DNA from: Cyanophora paradoxa CCMP329 | Taxonomy: Eukaryota; Plantae; Glaucophyta | Reading direction: 5' to 3' | Length of the DNA: 64,000 bases | Assembly (NCBI GenBank): GCA_004431415.1 | Contig: QPMI01000452.1 | Location: 248,001 to 312,000, forward strand | In this document: piece after piece, positions 60,371 to 64,000 of the stretch | Layout of the letters: the number at the start of each line of letters is the position of its first letter | Numbering within the stretch: position 1 is the stretch's first letter | The notes under the pieces: generated by a model | What the model saw: only the letters and a program-made list of their open reading frames with translations | Databases searched by the model: none | What the model was told of the DNA's origin: nothing | Made by a program: the position numbers and the translations under genes

Positions 60371-63300
60371 CAACGAGTGGCCAGTGGGGGTTCAGGCGCA
60401 GTTCCCAGCCATATCCTCCTATTCCCTTTCCCCTATTCTCCCATCTTCCGAGACCTGAAGCGGCCCGGCGAGTGGCGCCCCGCCTCCGCCCGGCCCCGCC
60501 GCGCCAGCCTGGCAGGCCTGCAGAGCGCGGCCAGACCAGGGCGGCCGCCCCGGTGCGGTCCTCCCAGCGCTGGCCATGGCGGCCCTGCAGCTTGGCACGA
60601 CCTCAGCCGGCGTGGCAGCCCCCGGTCGACATGGATCGAATTCGGCAGTACCAGTACGGCAGCGGCATGCCATGGCCATGATTCCGAATGGTAGATAGCT
60701 TAGGCCTTTTCCTCATGTTATACAACTGCTGAACGCTAGAGATTGAACCTAGCAGCTGCACTAGAACTAAACGGGAATGAGAAATCGAAGCGAGAAGCGA
60801 TGCTCTGAGACGCGACTTAGCTCACTGCACTGCTAGGGGACCCGGGAGCCTAGAAAGTGTCAAGGCACAGGCCTGTCTTGTGCGAGCGGAGCGCCGGCGC
60901 CGGCATCGGCATCCTCTGGAAGAGGCTGATTCTCAAGACCGCCGGTCTCTGGAGGATCTGGTGCTGCTTCAGGATGCGCATGCAAGCCCACACCGGCCGC
61001 TTCATCAGGCAAGACTTGCTGGGGCGGGAGAGGCTGGCGGAGAGGGGATGGCTGATGTTCAGAAGAGCCGGCTGAGGCGGGTCGGTCAGCCTGGCAGGCG
61101 AGTCCGTCAGGACAACAGAGGGGGTGGGAGGCGTCGGGGCCGTCGGAGGAGTCGACCCCAACGAGAGGTGCTCCCCGGCGCCGTTCACTTCATGCTCGAC
61201 TCCGTCGCCGCCGCCGCCGCCTTCAGGCCCCGGCGCGTGCACGCCACGCGCCTCAAGTCCCTCCCACTGGTGCCCGTGAGCACAATTCTTTGTTGGGCCG
61301 CAGACAGCACCTGCGCGACAGCTTGACGACCTGCAACGGGTTCAGGAACAAGACAATATACTTCATACGCTTGCAATATACTTCATACGCTTATAATTAG
61401 ATGGATTGCGCACCAAGAGCTCCCGCTCTGCCCGCCGCTGCCGCTGCTGCAGTTGCCGCTGCCGCCTCCTCCCGCGCTCGCTGCGCATCCTCTGCGGCGC
61501 AATCAGAGCGCGAACGCAAACAGCAACGTCCTTAAGCAGCGCGCCTTCGGATGTGAGCGCGCGCTGTTCGGCTCGCCGCGCCTCCTCCTGTGCTCGCCGG
61601 ATTTCCTCTGTCGCACCATCAGAGCGCGAACGCAAACAGCAACGGGAAAATAAGCAGCGCGCCTTCGGATGTGAGCGCGCGCTGTTCGGCTCGCCGCGCC
61701 TCCTCCTGTGCTCGCCGGATTTCCTCTGTCGCATCGATATCATCAGAGCGCGAACGCAAACAGCAACGGGAAAATAAGCAGCGCGCCTTCGGATGCGAGC
61801 GCGCGCTGTTCGGCTCGCCGCGCCTCCTCCCGTGCTCGCCGATTATCATCTGTCGCACCATCAGAGCGCGAACGCAAACAGCAACGGGTAAATAAGCAGC
61901 GCGCCTTCAGATGCAAGCGCGCGCTGTTCGGCTCGCCGCGCCTCCTCCTGTGCTCGCCGGATTTCCTCTGTCGCATCATCAGAGCAAGAAGGTTGGAGCG
62001 CGTGCGGGCGCGCATGCGTGCGAACCTACAGCGATAAAGCAAGCCTACTGTGAAGTCAGAACAAGCATGCAGGAAGGCAGGGGCGGTCGCACCACACGAT
62101 CTATAGCTTGTGAATTTGGCACTTCAACTGGATTCGGGAAGAGAAACCAGAACTCGTCGGCGAGCGACATCTAAGCTGGACGATGCCGCCGAGCGCTTCC
62201 GAGTCTCCAAAGAAGCGCGTTTGGCACTCCTCGATGCTTTGTCCGCAACCCGGGCGACCCCCAAACAGCCTTGCAGCCGTAAAGAGACTTCAAACAGTTG
62301 GCTGGGGGGGTACACAAGATCCTTACGGATGTGCCCCTGATCCGCCTGCGCGATCTCCGCACCCGGCCACTCCGTCGCCTGTGTGCCTTGAAATGACGGG
62401 ACGGGCAGCGTGCGAGCTCAATCGAGGACACCCGCAAGCGGCGGGGCCCTCGGAGGGGTCCCCGGGCCCCGCCCGCGCTGAGTGCGCGAGCGCTGCTTCT
62501 TGTAGACGTCCCCGAAGCGCCCAGCCCGCGCGTAGCTAAGCGGCCACTTCGGCAGGTTGGAGGCGCGGCGTTGGAGATGGCTTCTAGGAGACCGCTCCCG
62601 CCGACGACGCTGCGGCGTCGATCACCGTCGCAACGTCGAGCGCGGGCCCCTCCCACGACCGCGCGAGCTCCGCCGCCGCCGCGGCCGCCGCGCCGACGGC
62701 CTCCGGCTCTACCCTCCCGCCCGCCTCCTCCCACTCGCCGCCGGAGCCGCCGGCGCCGCCCTCCGCGCCCGCGACGGTCCGGAAGAGCCCTTCCGCGCGG
62801 TGGCGGTCCCCGCGCCGCCCCGCCGGCGCTGACGCTCACGGGGCGGCATGGGGCGGGGCGGCAGAGTCGCAGGCGGTGTCGGAGTCGATCGGTCTGCTGC
62901 GGACGATGCGGCTGTACGGCGGTGCCGGCCCGCCGCACGCCGACGGCGCCCTGTACCGCGCGCCTCGCACAGCTTCGGCAGTGCAGTTGAGCACATCCGC
63001 CGCGGCCGCCCCTTCTGGGACCCCGGTCCGTGCAATCAAAGGCTTAGGCGCCGGTCTCAGACGCTGGACCGGTGCAGACGCCCGTCCCAGACGCCCGCCG
63101 CTGCCCGCCGCCCGCCGCTGCCCGCCGCCCGCCTTGCCCGCCGCCGGAAGCTGAGCGCTTTGGGCGCAGCCTGGCAGCGGTGAAGCCGCGGCAGTCGCTG
63201 GACCTTGGCGGGCTCGTCCGCACGCGCACCCGCCGCCTCGCCGACCTCGACCCCGTCAAGTCTCGGTGCACTCGCCCGCCCGCTCGAGCCTGCGCGGGAA

Positions 63301-64000
63301 TAACTGAGACGGCGCGCGATGGGCGGGCAGGCCGCGCCCCATCCGCAAGATCATAGACGACTTCCCCGAAATGTGGCGCCTGGCTCGCATGGGTGCGGCC
63401 CGTTCCCGTACCCCGTGATCGCCTCCAACGACGTACCCCCGCAGACGAGACGGTACGGACCCGCTCGGGGTACGTGCCCCACGAGATGCTCAACGAGGCG
63501 AGCGCCCGTACCCCTTTTCGGCTCCATCCCCGTTCCTGATGCCTGTACCCCTGCTCGCCCTCCCGCGCAGCTGCGGGGCATGTTCCACAAAGAGTCCGTA
63601 CCCCTTCCTAGCCAACTCCGTTACCCCCCGGCCCCTCACCCGTACCCCCCAGGTACTACATCCCCGTGCGGAACATCTTCCGCTACTACGCGCACCTCGA
63701 TGGCGCCAAGGGGCGTGTACCCCTCCCCCTTCCCTTGCTTCCCCTACCCCTGACCCGGCCGGCGGGGGTACAGGTGAAGGCGATCGCGGTGCGGGCGCGG
63801 CACGGCGACGGGGAGGAGATGTACACGGTCAACAAGCGGGGTACACCCCCACCCCGCCTCCCCACCGCCCCCGCCTGCCTGCCGCTCACTTGATCTCCTT
63901 TCTTCCCCCTCAGCAGGGATAGCTGGGAGCCTCTGCAGCGACGGGTCGTTCCGGGAGAGTCTGAAGGGGCCCGCCCATAGCTGGGGGAGAGTCCCCCTCA

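Larger units (their letters stand above)
52770..63840. repeat. Tandem segmental duplication, period ~7274 bp (~52770-56560 vs ~60020-63840)
   Basis: Matching ORFs offset by 7274 (53911/61185, 54434/61708, 54836/62110); near-identical sequence. Confidence 0.92.

Overview
This window is eukaryotic (protist) DNA with two compartments. (1) Positions 1 to ~14663 are an AT-rich, intronless, CpG-depleted endogenous Polinton/Maverick-like (Preplasmiviricota) virus whose left part runs off the window. It encodes a DUF723-repeat/Vsr-like endonuclease, an A32-type packaging ATPase, an AEP(Prim-Pol)-D5 primase-helicase, several small ORFs, a protein-primed PolB whose proofreading domain appears to be lost, and an rve integrase. 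The PolB-end and integrase block is present twice, tail-to-tail, as diverged copies joined by a patchwork of templated repeats. The element ends in an AT-rich terminus with a 28-bp inverted repeat that directly abuts the 3' fragment of a DIRS/Ngaro-type tyrosine recombinase. (2) From ~15400 to 64000 is very GC-rich, intron-dense host DNA. Plastid-targeting peptides of the M(x)AAF type suggest a glaucophyte such as Cyanophora (inference). Host genes include a SHLD2/FAM35A-like triple-OB protein, an LRR-SAM-TIR protein with a SARM1-like TIR and a C-terminal CaaX box, a lumenal FKBP and cyclophilin, a GCK-III Ste20 kinase, mitochondrial L7/L12, an amino-acid permease, an ML-domain protein, a frameshifted LRR paralog, and a ~7.27 kb tandem segmental duplication. 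The top candidates for a novel system are the SARM1-like LRR-SAM-TIR-CaaX receptor family and the exonuclease-deficient, rearranged Polinton-like virus. All homology calls come from motif recognition by eye, and exon boundaries are manual.
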